From Mizuhopecten yessoensis (Eukaryota): a stretch of DNA of 64,000 nucleotides. Below, in pieces: positions 36,096-50,500 of the stretch; position 1 is the first letter of the stretch, and each line of letters opens with the position of its first letter. The DNA lies in contig NW_018406816.1 in assembly GCF_002113885.1 (NCBI RefSeq), forward strand, positions 406,426 through 470,425, in the 5' to 3' direction. The notes beneath the pieces are model-generated. The model saw only the letters and a program-made list of their open reading frames with translations, ran no database searches and had not been told where the DNA came from. The translations under genes and the position numbers were made by a program.

Positions 36096-37980
36096 GTCTC
36101 GTTTTGGAAAAACAACCCCACACAATTCAAGGTAATGTTCGACAACGATTTCCTGTCGTGGAGTCTTGGTCAGTCCGATAATACTGCCGTCACTGGTTCC
36201 TTACAGGGAACACACAGGTCATTTGTATATCTAGCTCCAACATTAACTGATAAGATAAAAGCAAACATATTACGTACGGCAATCTTTGACGTATGCGTAC
36301 CGACTTTTTGGTACTTTCAAACAGTAAAATTATAAGGCCAATATATATAGGACAATACATTAGTTTCGATTTCATATAATATTTAAGAAAACGAGTCTAT
36401 TTTTTTCAATTAAAGAGCTTCTGGCGAGCTAAAATGAAAAATTCATGACGAGTTTCATAAATTTCATATGAAATGAAAACGAGAGTAAGATCTTTTTTAT
36501 CACATAATCAGGAGTTGTGGCATTTATTCGTGTAACTTTAAAATGTAAAAGGCCGCCATTTTGACGCCAGTGCGTAATTATTTGACGTCATGTACTTGTC
36601 CTAAGTGTGACATCACAGGGCTGAAAAAGTCATATTGCATGTGTTAATACACAACAAATATGACATGGGTATATTCACTGGATAACACAGTACATTGTGT
36701 GATAAAAAGGTATCCAGTGTTACATACAAACAAATGCATTTCTTTTTCTTTTTTCTTTATTCTTCAAATATATACATATATACAATCACATAGATTTTAT
36801 AACTTGATAGATAATGAAAGTGTACGTATACATGTACAGGAATACTTCTGCACAGTTAAAAGTAAATTAGTTACTTGTGTGACCCTCAGTCATACAGTAC
36901 CGGTTGTGATTCTGACTGCATGTTCGTATGACGAGACTATACTGTGACCCCTCCGTTGGACAACTTCCGAAAACCCCGATTTCAACGGGACAATTATAAG
37001 TGTCATACAACCATGCCCAAATACCGCCAAAAGAAAACAAAATGAACAAAAAATCAAAATAAAGCGTTCCTGTTTAGCCATTATGCATATGAAAAACTCC
37101 ATGTACAACATATATGACTATGAACTAAGTGTAAGATTTTGCACGTGTAACCTGGCTTGCTGTGAAGAAGTCGGATGAGATGAGGCAGTTCCTAGAGATT
37201 ATGATTGGTTAATTTTCAACGTCACTGGTTCAACAATTCCCCTGAAAGTCCAAAGAACACAATTAAAAAATCGGAATTCAGATATATGTAATTCAGATGA
37301 ATATGAATATATTGAATTTGTGCATTATATAGAGTAGCTATAAAGCTGATATAAAGCGACGTTATCGTAGTCAATTATAAGACATAAAGGCTGATAGGTC
37401 ACTGGAATTAATTATAGCTATAGCATGTCAACATCTTTTGCAACCCAACGAAATGTCATGCGGAGCTGAATTTCTCATTAATTAGCTGTTCCGAACCGTA
37501 TCAGCCTCAAATCAACACGATTGTTGCCATGGGCGATTTATCATAAATTTTGAAATTGATAGCACAATAAGTGATATTTACATTTGCTCTGCATCCTTCC
37601 CTTGTAATGCATTGCGAAGGCAAATGTTGTCATGAGACTATAACACCATTTGTTATTGTACCGTCATCAATCTCTGTTGTGACGTCATCAATTGTTGTCA
37701 ACACTTGATTTGCTGTTCAAAGAATTGTTCGAAATAACTAAATTAAACAAAAGTACCCCATAGAAATGTAAATACTGTTATGTTCCTATAATTTAATCTT
37801 GCTTGTGACAAGCATTGTCATTGGTTACAATTAATGTTATCAGCCCATAACGTAAAGAAAGTGACGTCGCGATTTATAACGTCACTTTTGATTGGCTGAT
37901 ACAGCGGCGTAAAATAATTTCTAAGAGAAAAGGGTCCATCAATAAAAGTGGATTTCCACAGGGATTTTGTATAGTAGATG

Positions 37981-38510
37981 AAATTATAAGGATTAACTTG
38001 AATATATTTTTATGTAATGGAGGTTTACACAAAAAAAAACCCGGAGTGTACTCTCATCATAAACCGCTAATTACCTACCGGACTTTAATAAGCTTGTCAT
38101 CAATAGTTATGAGTGTTATAGGACCATAACAACATTTGCCAAATCATTCATTGCATTATATAATGTTCTCGGTTGTTTTCCCTTTGTCGGCTCTCATCCA
38201 AAAACACGAAAAAGTTAAACATATAACAAAGTGAACAATTTTAGTAGATTAAATTATAAGGATTAACTTGAATATATTTTTTATGTTATTGAAGTTTACA
38301 CAAAAAAACCCGGAGTGTACTCTCATCATAAACCGCTTACCTACCGGGCTTTAATAAACTTGTCATCAATAGTAATGAGTGTTATAGGACCATAACAATA
38401 TTTGCCAAATCATTCATTGCATTATATAATGTTCTCGGTTGTTTTCCCTTTGTCGGCTCTCATCCAAAAACACGCAAAAGTTAAACATATAACAAAGTGA
38501 ACAATTTTTA
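37981..38510. repeat. ~271-bp direct tandem duplication
   Basis: aaattataaggattaacttgaatatattttt starts at 37981 and 38252; the two copies are near-identical. Confidence 0.85.
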
Positions 38511-38559
38511 GTTTCTGTGTCAAGTTTCTAAACAAGTAAGCTAATGCGTGTATATTATT

Positions 38560-38758
38560 CTAGCGAAAATGGCCTCAAATGGGGAAAAGTGTCCGTAATT
38601 TGGTTTTATTAGTTTTATATTAGTTTCCCTTGCAGCACTTCCGGTTGTTGAACAAGATCAAAGCGGGAATTCATCTGAGACGGCTGAAGGATGAATTAAT
38701 GGTGAAAAAATCGCAGCATGTTTCCATTAAACAGTTCTTGATAACCAAGGATCCAAAA
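38560..38758 (+). promoter_or_regulatory. MED24: Candidate MED24 promoter and non-coding first exon
   Basis: YY1-like aaaatggc (~38566), ETS-like cacttccggt (~38636), consensus donor gtaagt at 38759; the ATG exon has an acceptor at 41291-41292, implying an upstream exon. Inference only. Confidence 0.45.
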
Positions 38759-39051
38759 GTAAGTAAAAAAACCCTGATTTAAGCTGTTTGAAATTAGGAA
38801 ATGTATAACAGACTCGTACAACACTTGGGGATAGTCTTTGTTCTTGTATAAGGTCACCAGTTTTGACGGATTGAATATTCCGGCAAGATGATTTACCCCA
38901 AAGCGTCAAAAAAGACCAAAACCACCTCAACGATAGGTTTCAGCTAAAAATTAGTTAACTGTTTTCGTACTGTAACCATTGTATGCAAAATGTTCTATCG
39001 TCTGTGTTATGTTGCCCAGTTCACGGTTATAATCAGGTTGGGGAAAATCAC

Positions 39052-39461
39052 CAACTTGCGTATATACGCAAACTCGCCTATTATACGCAAGTTGGAGTAT
39101 GGATTTGTTACTGAAAATAACCCAAATCGCTTTAACATTTACTTTTGCAAGATATTATTGAAAATCGCATTAGTTTACGACATGGTAAATAATATTTTGC
39201 TAAAAGATGTTTACTGAAAGCGTTGGCTACTTAATAGAAACTTGATGTAACTTTACCGGAAGTATTGCATCTATTTTTGGTACTTTCTCACATGCAAATA
39301 AAGTTTATTTTTGCATTTGTATTATGTTTCAGGAAAGGATAAATGCGACTTGGACAAACAATTTGAAAAAGTTAAGATTAAAGTGATTTTGGCTATTTTT
39401 AGTAACAAATCCATACCCCTATTGACATATAATAGGCGAGTTTGCGTATGATACGCAAGTT
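39052..39461. mobile_element. MITE-like element with ~90-bp inverted ends
   Basis: aacttgcgtatatacgcaaactcgcctattat...gtatggatttgttact mirrored by agtaacaaatccatac...ataataggcgagtttgcgtatgatacgcaagtt. Confidence 0.65.
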
Positions 39462-39639
39462 ATAGCGGTCACACTAATTTGCGCCATAGGAGATTTTGCA
39501 CGCCATAGCAAAATGTGAGTGTTTAATCCACAAAATATTTCGATTTTTCCATTGGTATACTCATTTAACATGTTTTGGTAAAGTATCATTTAAAAAAAAT
39601 GTGTACTTTGTTAAAAAATCGATCTTGATTACGAAGCAC

Positions 39640-39950
39640 TTTTGAATCTCCACCACCTAGGCATGCTTCCAGTCAAATATGGTTGATATCCATCTCTTAG
39701 TTCCAGAGAAGAAGTCGCTTAAAGCAATATAGCCAAATTGCCCCCTTTTTGCCCCGCCCCTCAGCCCCCTGGGGGGTCAGCCCCACCATCTGTACAATTT
39801 TGAATCCCCACCACCTAGGGATGCTTCCAGTCAAATTTAGTTAAATTCCAATCAGTGGTTAAGAAGAAGAAGTCATTTAAAGAAATTGTTGACGGACGGA
39901 CGCCACGGTATGGCATAAGCTCACCTTGGTCCTTCGGACCCAGTGAGCTA
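39640..39950 (-). mobile_element. Truncated HINE, same family as 27653 and 45575
   Basis: Reverse complement of the 5' end: ggcataagctcaccttggtccttcggacccagtgagcta, gacggacggacg and a repeat unit. Confidence 0.8.
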
Positions 39951-39959
39951 ATAATAATA

Positions 39960-41120
39960 TTCAATTATAGCCTTTGGCTGAGGTCGATATCTCCAGGTAT
40001 CGACCGAAGTCAAAGGCTACAATTGTTTTATTATTTTCAAAAAAGTAATGATAGCAATCTGAAAAAAAACCACAGCAAAAAGCTACGGAAGCAGGCAATA
40101 CGTTCGTTTGGAGACACGTCATAATTCTATTTTTAGAAACACCCAGTCCTTCAACAAAAACCAGTTTTATCGGTGGGCACATGATTGACTTCTGGCCAAT
40201 CACTTGTCGGGAATAATATGAAAAAATAATAAATAGTATTATCTCATTTGTGTTGGTCTGAAGCTTCTGTTGGAACAAAATTGGAGATTTATTGATATTT
40301 AAAGGATTTTAGACAGGTTTTCACATGTATAAGTTCCGGATATACATTTGTAGTTATCAACATATAAAAGTAAATATATCACAATACTTTCATCAAAGAA
40401 TTTTTACTTCTTTTAGTTTTTCTTTTTATTTGTCTTTGATGAAAGTATTGTGATATATTTACTTTTATATGTTGATATATTTGTTCCGACAGAAGCTTCA
40501 GACCAACACAAATGAGATAATACAATTTATTATTATTTCATATTATTCCCGACAAGTGATTGGCCAAAAGTGAATCATGTGCCCACCGATAAAACTGATT
40601 TTTGTTGAAGGACTGGGTGTTTCTAAAAATAGAATTATGACGTGTCTCCAAACGAATGTAACGTCCTGCTTCCGTGGCTTTTTGCTGGGTTTTTTTCAGA
40701 TTGCTAACATTACTTTTTTGAAAATAATAAAACAATTGTAGCCTTTGACTTCAGTCGATACCTGGATTTATCGACCTCAGCCGAAGGCTATAATTGAATA
40801 TTATTATTTTTTCATATTATTCCCAACAAGTGATTGGCCAGGAGTGCATCACGTGTCCACCGATAAAAACCGATATTGACTTGGAGCGCATGATCATTGT
40901 TGAAAGACTGGGTGTTTCTAAAAATAGAATTATGACGTGTCACCAAACAACTCACCGTCCCACTTCCGAAGCTTTTTTGATGTGTTTTTTTTCAGATTGC
41001 TTACATCACTGTCTTGAAAATGATAAAACAATTGTAGCCTTTAACTTCGGTCGATGCGTCTAAAATCTTTTCTCGGGTCGATAAATCCAGGTATCGACCT
41101 CAGCCAAAGGCTATAATTGA
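39960..41120. repeat. Long inverted duplication plus an extra tandem arm
   Basis: 39960-40400 mirrors 40432-40805 (centre acaatactttcatcaaaga / tctttgatgaaagtattgt); 40805-41120 is a second, more diverged reverse copy. Confidence 0.8.
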
Positions 41121-41348
41121 AAAGTAACATGCAGTATAAATTGTTTTAAATGTCTCAAGATTTTCTCAATAATTCAGAGAACAAATCTCACTAATGTTTT
41201 TTTACTGATCTCACTATTTTGCAATAGAAAGTCATGGCATGTATGGTAATTGCGTAATTAGTCATCATGTCATGTTTTATTTTTGTTATTAGGAGTGTCC
41301 ATCATGTAACAGAAATGGATTGTAGCGAAGTCTAGATATATCACTAGC

Positions 41349-41505
41349 ATGGATACCAAGACGGGACGTCAGCCTAGTACATTCGCAGGGAAGGTGAAGG
41401 CCTTGTTGATGCGAGCCTGGAGGGAACGGTGGACGGACATACAATGGGGTGTGCAGCTGAAAAAGGTCCTAGCCAGTACGGGAGGGGACCCTAAGGATCT
41501 CCCAG
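41349..41505 (+). CDS. MED24: MED24 coding exon 1
   Basis: MDTKTGRQPSTFAGKVKALLMRAWRERWTDIQWGVQLKKVLASTGGDPKDLP; donor gt at 41506. Confidence 0.9.
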
Positions 41506-44500
41506 GTATACCTTAACTGTGTTTTCTCCTATCCTTCACGGATTTGTCTCAAGTTCTAGTTGTGATTGACTTATAACTCTTAGCCCTAGGGTGTAAATTA
41601 AACTAACCGTGCATGTTGTCAAGCACATTTGAAGTGTTGTTTCAAGGAGGAGTGAATTCTTACAATATTTAAGGAAATATTGTAATATATTTTTACAATA
41701 TTTATATTGGATTCCTATAATTCAGTGCATTTAAAAAAAAAATCATGCAGAGAAAAAAATTGGAATTGATTATCAAGCTAAGCAAATTTCAATGATAAAC
41801 TGAAAAGAATTTGATCTGGATTAAGTTTTAGCATTATTCTGTAAAATTCTTTCAAAACTGTCTAGACGTCTAAATGTCAATTTGGACAATCATTTTGCAA
41901 TATGTATTGCTAAACAGTTATTTGCAATAAATTAGTGATTGCAATAATGCTGTTAATTTCCTTGCCCTTGAAAGGGTGAATTACAGAAATGCAGGAAGCA
42001 ATTTATAGGTACCTTTCAAAACTGCGTAGATTAAAATATTTTGATGGCAAAAAAAGTAGCAGGTCACATACGACAGATCTAGAGTATCAATTGACAAATT
42101 GTCAGCTGATCTTATCAACATCCCTACTTGTATTATGCGCACATTCTTGGTGAACCATGGCCACACATGTACAATTGTGGTGAAGTTTATGTGTCACAGC
42201 CAAACAATCCGCTTTTGATATTAATATCTTCTCTGCACCCCTGGAATATGGAATATGTAATGAATTAACAAAACGAAAGGCTTGAGGTTAGCTATTTGAT
42301 TGGTCTCATTTCAGAAAGTTTTAATAATTTTTTTGGTTTTGATATCTTCCCCATCTCTTCTGACTATCGTTTTCGTTGCTTGCAATTGGTAACGAGTATG
42401 GTTGTTATTGGGTATAAAAAGTGCATTACCTGTCAAACCGGGTACATTCTAAAATGTCTTCGCTTCCTTAGTATACAGCCGGAAGAGATTGTCACTGGGG
42501 ATGATCTCAAAACAAGAAGCAAGAAAACAAAATTCAAATCTCAATTGAAAGCTTTTTAACTTGCACTATTAGCTTGAAGTTCTGAACCAACTTGTATGAA
42601 ACTTGATGTAATCAATAAAGAATTTACCAAAATCCCCCCCCCCCCCTCCCCAAAAAAAAAAAAAAAAATTTCCAAAAACCCCCCCCCCCCCTTCCCAAGA
42701 AGAAAAAAGAAAATGTCTCAAGCTTCCTACAAATTGGATCAGAAGTTAAAAGAAGCATCACACCGGACAAACTTTACTTTGTATTACCGTTCTAATTCAT
42801 AAACAGTGGAATTTTGTAGAATTTGCTTGCTTGTATTATATGTTTTTTATTTAAATACAGGTCTATTATTTTCAGAAATTTTGGTTCATCAGGCATTGGT
42901 TGGACCTAATCCAAACACTCTCATTTTATCATTCCTGAAGTATACTGTTCTATCTCAGGTAAGTGTTTTAGTGTCCTTTAGTTCCACAGAACAGAGGTTT
43001 TATCAGGGTTTCGGGGAACAGACCCTGGAATGAAATTAGGAAAAAAATGATTGACATAAAAACATTTTGGGAAATTTTGATGATCATTAAGACAAGTCTG
43101 AATAAAAAAATTAGACTGTAACTTGATAATGTCACTTTATGGTTATTGAATACTGTACTGTATTAGTAATTAATATTCTGAAATGTCAGACTTTAAATTT
43201 AAGACCTCTGTGTTAGGATTATTATGATTATTTATGAGATTTTTTTTTTTCACACAACACTTAGACTTTCAGTTAAAGCTAATTTGACATATTATTACAA
43301 AGCTTTTTGCTTTAAGAAAGTTTTCATCCAACGGAAAAGATGATCTGTGTGTTTTCTCGATTAAAAAATTGAAATATTTCTGTAAAATTAAAGAAAAACA
43401 AAACAAATAGTGCACCCCTTCTCCATTTTGTGGTGATACTATTTTTTTCATGATGATTAATATAAGTTCACCATTTACCCCTAAAGTCACATTTGAACCT
43501 TACCAAGTCAAAGACTGGGCAAGTCCAGTTTAAATATGTAGGAGTGAATGAGTTAAGTGTGCGTTTACTTTAGTATCGCCTGTACATTCGCCTATTCACT
43601 GTGACATTATAATATACGTCCACAGGTTGTGCCCCCTAGTGCTGCATTTAACCTCATCACCAGTTTTGACGACCTGTCCAAACCTTTCTGTACGCTGGGC
43701 CTGATTGATTTGGCAGAGGCATTCGCTTGCAATCTGAGGTAATGTTGTTTTCACCTATAACATACTTTTAACCCTTTCACCACAATGGACTATGATAGAC
43801 TCATCCAGATCAGTGCATGTTTAATAGGGTTTAGTAAAGTTGCATAGGGGTGAAAGGGTTAAACCCATTCTCAGTTTATTATACATTTTTTTAAAACAAT
43901 TGTAACTTGATTCTTTTTTGCTCACCTTCCCGAAGGTTAAAAGATCTAGAGCTTAAACCATTGCGCAGCTTCTGGTGTCTGCCTGTTCATCTGTCTTCTG
44001 TCAACTTTTCCTTTTAAAACACTACTAGTCCTGAACCGCTCAGGGGATTTTGACTGAATTTGGTCTGGAGCATCCGTGTTAAGCTTTTTGATTCATAGAA
44101 TATCATGCAAATTTCAAGTAAATGAGCAGGAACGCCTGTGAATAACTTGCCAGGGTAGGTAACTCTAAGCCAGAAAATACTCCATTTGTTCACGATCGTT
44201 GCGATTATAACTAATGCATTTGTACCCTTTACCTTAAATAGCCTACAATTACAGGACAAATCTGTGTGTGGATTCATCTCAAAAGTATTTAGTTTATGAG
44301 AAAAAATAAAAAGGATAAGCTACTGCATGGTAAATTTAACTATTGTAAGTTAAGCTTCTGTATAGTAATTTAAGCTTCTGTGTAGTAAATTATAGTGCAG
44401 TAAATTAAGCTACTGTATAATAAACCTAACTATAGTAAGACTATAGTAAAGTTAAGCTTTTGTGCAGTAAATTAAGTTACCCTATGGTAAATTTAGTTAT

Positions 44501-47500
44501 AAAATTTTAAGCTATTGCCTAGTAAACTTAGCTACTGTAAAGTAAATTAAGCTACTCTTTTAGTAAATTTTGCTACTTTTATAATGCCATCCATATTTTT
44601 GCTATGGAAGCATTGTAAAATTACTAAATTTGCTTTCTGAAAATTCAACAACCTATACATGTTGATGAATATTCGGAATCCAATCTTGTTTTGATTTGTT
44701 GATAATATCATTGCATAAAATTCAAAACAGTCAATTTTCCCAGCTAAAAAGGAATTCTGACTACTAGGTTTAATAATAAAACTGTAGGTATTATCACAAT
44801 TTGAAATACGTAACCTTGTACAAATCTATTTTGAAACCTGACTGTATCATGACATTAAGATTCATTAGGTATGTGTTATAGGAAAATTCTTCCCCATCTT
44901 TTTCCCAGTTTTACCTGCAGTCTGGACAGTAGTCTAACACTGTGTAAGTGTCTACAGAACACACTCCACTGGCTGATGTTGTGTATACACCAGTCGCTAC
45001 AGATGATCAAGGACGGACACACTCCCCTGGAAATCCTGGCTATCATTGACAGTGCCAGTGTCGCCGCTCAGAAGATCGGAGATAACACAACAGTGCAGGC
45101 TTTGTTGTATGTGGCCATGTCCGAAGACACAGGTACTTACACAGACAATGTTAGAAGACTCTTTCATGCAGAGGGGTGTAGGATAGGGAAATTCCACCTG
45201 AGGGGTTATAAAAATTTGGTAAAACCCAAGGCTTTAGAGTATTTTTCTCTCATTCCAACTACCAGAAGAAGCGCAGAAACCCTGAAACGCTGTTTGCACT
45301 ACTCCTCCCAAAGTACTGAACCAATTTGAATGATACTTGATACAAATAATGCTTATATTGAGGGGATGTGAATAAATGATATTTTCTACAGAAGAAAACC
45401 CATAAAATTAAAAGCAAATTAATTCATCCTAAACTTATGCAATGGCCCCTAGACCTGAAAACTGCAAAACCTTGATATTGCAAATCATTTAAGCGAATCT
45501 GCAAAAATTAGGGACTTTGATATAGTAACCTCCCTGTTAACCCAAAGGTGTTTGGCATAGCATTCAAGCTTTTTAGCTCACCGGGTCCAAAGGACCAAGG
45601 TGAGCTTATGCCATACCGTGGCGTCCGTCGTCCGTCCGTCAACAATTTCTTTAAACGACTTCTTCTTCTTAACCACTTATTGGAATTTAACTAAATTTGA
45701 CTGGAAGCATCCCTAGGTGGTGGGGATTCAAAATTGTACAAATGATGGGGCTGACCCCCCAGGGGGCTGAGGGGCGGGGCAATAAGGGGGCAATTTGGCT
45801 ATATTGCTTTAAGCGACATCTTCTCTGGAACTAAGAGATGGATATCAACCATATTTAACTGGAAGCATCCCTAGGTGGTGTGGATTCAAAATTGTACAAA
45901 TGGTTGGGCTGACCCCCCAGGGGGCTGAGGGGCGGGGCCAAAAGGGGGCATTTTGACTATATTGCTACAAACGACTTCTTCTGTAGAACTATGCACTGGA
46001 TATCAATCATATTTAATCAAAAGCATTCATGGGAGGCAGGGATTCAAAATTGTACAAATGGTGGGGCTGACCCCCCCGGGTTAAGGGGTGGGGTCAATTT
46101 TTTTTTTTACTTGGAAATTTTTGAGATCTCCACCATATAACCATATATACAATTGTTGATTATAACGAGAGGAATGCACATTTGCTTCCAGGATGGCCCT
46201 ATGGTCTGGCCCCACCCTTGGAGACTTAACCCCTGGGTCATAACTTTGAAACGGTTAAGATCCCCACCCCAAAACTATATATACATTTGTTGGGCATAAA
46301 GAGACGAATGCAGTCATGATATTAGAATTGACCCAAGGGTCTGCCACACCCTTGCAGACATAACCCCTGGGTCATAACTTTGAAACGGTTGAGATCCCCA
46401 CCCCAAAACTTAATATACAAATGCTGAGCAAAAAGAGACAAATGCAGTCATGATATTAGAATTGATCCTGGGGTCTGGCCACAACCCTAGGGACCTAGTT
46501 TCTGAGTCACAGCTTGGAAACAGTTGAGATCCCCACCCCATAACCTTACATAAAATTGCTGGGCATAAAAAATCAAATACAGATATGCTACAAGGATTGG
46601 CCTTGAGGTCTGGCATATTCCGTTGGATCTTATTTGGAGAATATTTTGCCATGATTGCTTAGATATCCAGGTGAGCGATACAGGCCCTCTGGGCCTCTTG
46701 TTGAGTTCCCTGATCCTTTGCAGTTCAAAAAATCTGGAGAATTCGGAATTATCTTTTCATTTTAGAAAGCTGTCCACATGACGTTGCTGTGATTTGAAAT
46801 TAATATAAAACTTGTCTTTGAAAACTTGTTGATTTTAGGGAGAAATTGGGACAGCTATCCCATATGACCATTTAAAAGATTTTTTTAATATTTCCAAGTT
46901 TTTTTCTGCCTTTTTTACATGATGTGTCATTTTCTATTCAAATCTAAAAAGCAGTGAGCCAATCTGGAAAGAAGATGAATTTAAAAAAATTCAATGATTC
47001 AAATTGAAAAATATTGGTATATAATATAAATGTAAATAAGTTATTTCTACTTATATTAATCCCTATGTGTGTTATACATATGATGTGGGAGGAAACCAGT
47101 GTTACCGGGGAAAACCCAGTTGGTTTGGCAGGTGATCCCATACCCGTCAGTCATACCTTTTTATGTCCGATTGGGGAATCAAATCCTGGCGCCGCCTTGG
47201 TGGAAGGTGAAAGCGTTATTCAAATTCCCTGCACCACCCAACCACTCCAAAAACTTGTGACTTGCAGGTTAAACAGAACACTTATTTCATGTAATTGCAG
47301 ACAAATTTCATGACTTTGAGCAGACCAAAGTCAATGTCCAGGGCACACTAAGTCAGCTTCAGTCGGATGTTGTTCCCAGTCAGACTCGCCTGAAGGTGGC
47401 ATCAGCGCTTAAATCCCTCCTCAAGTAAGTTCTCTATTATATTAAAACAGTATTTGTTGGTTCTATATACATACAGTAAAGCCTAATTGATCTCAAGTGA

Positions 47501-50500
47501 ACCGAGAAGATAATACAGGCTGGAAAATTAGAAAAAAAATGTGTATTCTTCCTGTAAAACTCATTATTCTTAACCCTTACACCCTGTAGACCATAATGGA
47601 CTCATCCAGATCATTGCATGGTAAGGTTTACTTAAGTTTCATAGGGGTGGAAGGGTTAATCAAATCTAACATTACTTCTATTCCATCATTCTAAATAATG
47701 GTTAAAGAATCAAAGAATATGTTTTATTGATATTATTCAAGTTAATAGGGGAAACTTTCGCAAAAGGGGAAAGACATTCTGGGAACATGAATTCAGAAAC
47801 TGGTGATTTTCTGAAGAATTTGTTAAAACTGCCCCTTCGATATTATTTATACATGCAGTATAATCCAGGGCTGTAAATTTCTTCTAGGCAGATGCCTTGG
47901 CTAAAAGCTAACATGTCAGGGCTGCTACCGAACATTTTCGATATTGACTGAAAAATTAGGTTGGGCTTGTAGAAGATTTCAAAATCTGATTTTATACGCC
48001 CGTCAAATTTGATGGGAGTATTATGGTATGGGGCTGTCCGTCCGGCGTAAACTTTTGTTTGTCCGTCAATCTCCTCTTACATTTTTCGACCGATCTCTTT
48101 GAAACTTAGTATACATTATAATCATGATATGAAGTTGTGTCTCCCTTAAAAGAATTTTGATTCGACGACTTTTACAAAAGTTATTGCCTTTTGTTCATTT
48201 CAGTATTTTATTTTTTGTCCAGAGATTTTCTCCTACATTTTTTATAGCATGTCAGCTAACCACTCTTAGAATAATGCAGATCTTATTTCAATGTAAGAAA
48301 GTATATAACACTATATGACATTCGACGGGTGTATACTGTTCTGCCCCACGGTACTCTTGTTGATCTAGTACTCTGAACAAACATATAGGATCTTACATTG
48401 GTGTCCATGTCATATTGAATTTGTTAAACAAGTTCAATAACTTGATTTGACACAAGTTTTTAGGAGAGTGTCATATACAAATTTTGAACAAATTTAATAA
48501 ATTCAATATAAATTCAATATGACTTGGACAAAGGCTCATGTCAAATCAAGTTATCGACCTTGTTTGATAAATTAGATATGACATGGACACGAATGTAAGA
48601 TTCTATTTATCACATAACATTCATAATTTGAAGAAAAAACCTTCAAACAACATTATGTGCTATCAGCTGACTCTATAGAGGTAAAAACCAAAGTATTCCG
48701 ATCATCCTATTGTCGTTTCGCGCAGTGCAAAGCAGTTCCAGATTTTAATTTTTTAAAAACAATGAAAATAATAATGACAAAAGAAACATTTCAAATTCAT
48801 TCAAAATAACAGTAAATGTATCATGAGGTATAGTGTATAGAAATAGTACCTGTAGTGGCGTAGGAATATGTTCCCACGGTTTTGACCAATCGCAGCACCT
48901 TTAGGTTTTATTACACGTGTGTAATACCATATTTATGACATGGCCGTACGACACAGTAAAATGGGTCAGTTCATTTGATGCAGAAAATTAGTATGTTCAC
49001 CAATGCCTACTGTTAGATAGACAATAGTTATATGTTGTATCTTCACATGTGATATATAAGGTCCAGTGTCGATTTTATATTGACCAATCAATATGGTATT
49101 TTCAATTTACTGCGGCAGATTTTCTGTTCACCTGCAGATGACGCGCTGGTGGAATAAGTGTTTGTTTTTGTACATCCTTGGTACATACACAAAGTTATTA
49201 GCTTACTTATGCAATTGATAACATTTTGTAAGCAAACCCTACCAGAAAAGAGCAGAAGATGTCAGCTATAGTAGCCCATTCACAATGGCACACAGCCTTG
49301 TTGTCAAGAGTGACGTCATAAGAAAGTGGCATCAAATATTATGCTACTAATTTCTGCACTTTTTTGCCGAAGCATTTTTTTGGGTCATTTTACTTTAAGA
49401 ATGTAGTTTATAGAAAATTTAATGATTTTCCCGTTTTATGACATAAATATATATCACTTGTATGGCAGAACATACTGATGTTTGTACTTGTACTTTGTAC
49501 TGGTGAAAAATATCGTTATTCTGCCATACTCGTGAAATATATATCGTAATCCTCGGGGAACTATTAAATATCCTCTATTTATACGGTTATTTCTGTCAGA
49601 GGTTCGACACTGTTTCCCTGCGGAGTCCAGTCTGCAGTATGTGCCTACAAGTATGTTGGGGTTGAATGAATGAGAGTATTTTGTTAACGACTTCTTTTTT
49701 TTTAACTAGAGTACAGGACTTGGCCCTACCTACCCAGTCTGTACTGGAGGTGTCTCATCTCGCGATCTGTCCCACCATCAATGGACTGGTATCCCTGGAG
49801 GCCATCCTTAACCCGACCAGTGACGTTCAGCCGTTTGTGGAGCAGTTGTGTGTCACAGAAAAACTTCTGGTAAATATTTCCTAATGTTTCCTTAAAACCA
49901 TCCTCCATACTCCAGGGGTAACGCTCACTTATGCTATCTGCACCCTAGGAATATGTCAAAGCAAATTTAAGAAAACTTTATTTGATTGGTCTCATGTAAA
50001 AAAAACACTGACAAATCGCTAGGCTGATACCTGTCCTTTTAAGATTACAGAGAAACGACACCCGACTTAAAAGCCAGTCAATTTTACTGTTATGCGATTG
50101 CGAGAATTTGTTTATGCACATCAAAGGATCAAACTAATGTTCTTGTCTCATCAACAAGGTTGTGAGTTCAGAGCCTTCGGTTTCCTCATGACGTATTCCA
50201 GGGGTCCAGAGTGTGTGAGTGAGCGTAACCCCTGGAGTATCTAGGATGCCTTAAAATGGGATTGTTCATTTTGTTTACAGGCAACCAGATCTAGAGTGTC
50301 TGTTGTGTTGTCTGCACAAGGTGTCCGTAGCCTTACCCTTGAAGGAATGCTTTGATTTTCATGAAATTTTCTGCACATAACTTGATGTATCAATTGCCCA
50401 ATCAGAGTTGATTTAGATCCAAGTCTGAAAATCGACATGGCTGCCAGCTGGGGTAGGATATACATCCACTTCTGTAGAATTCCTGTCTGTCCTTCCATAT

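Noticed and set aside
45133-45329. ORF extension past MED24 exon 4
   Set aside because: MED24 similarity ends at the gt donor at 45133, and the phase matches the 47301 exon.
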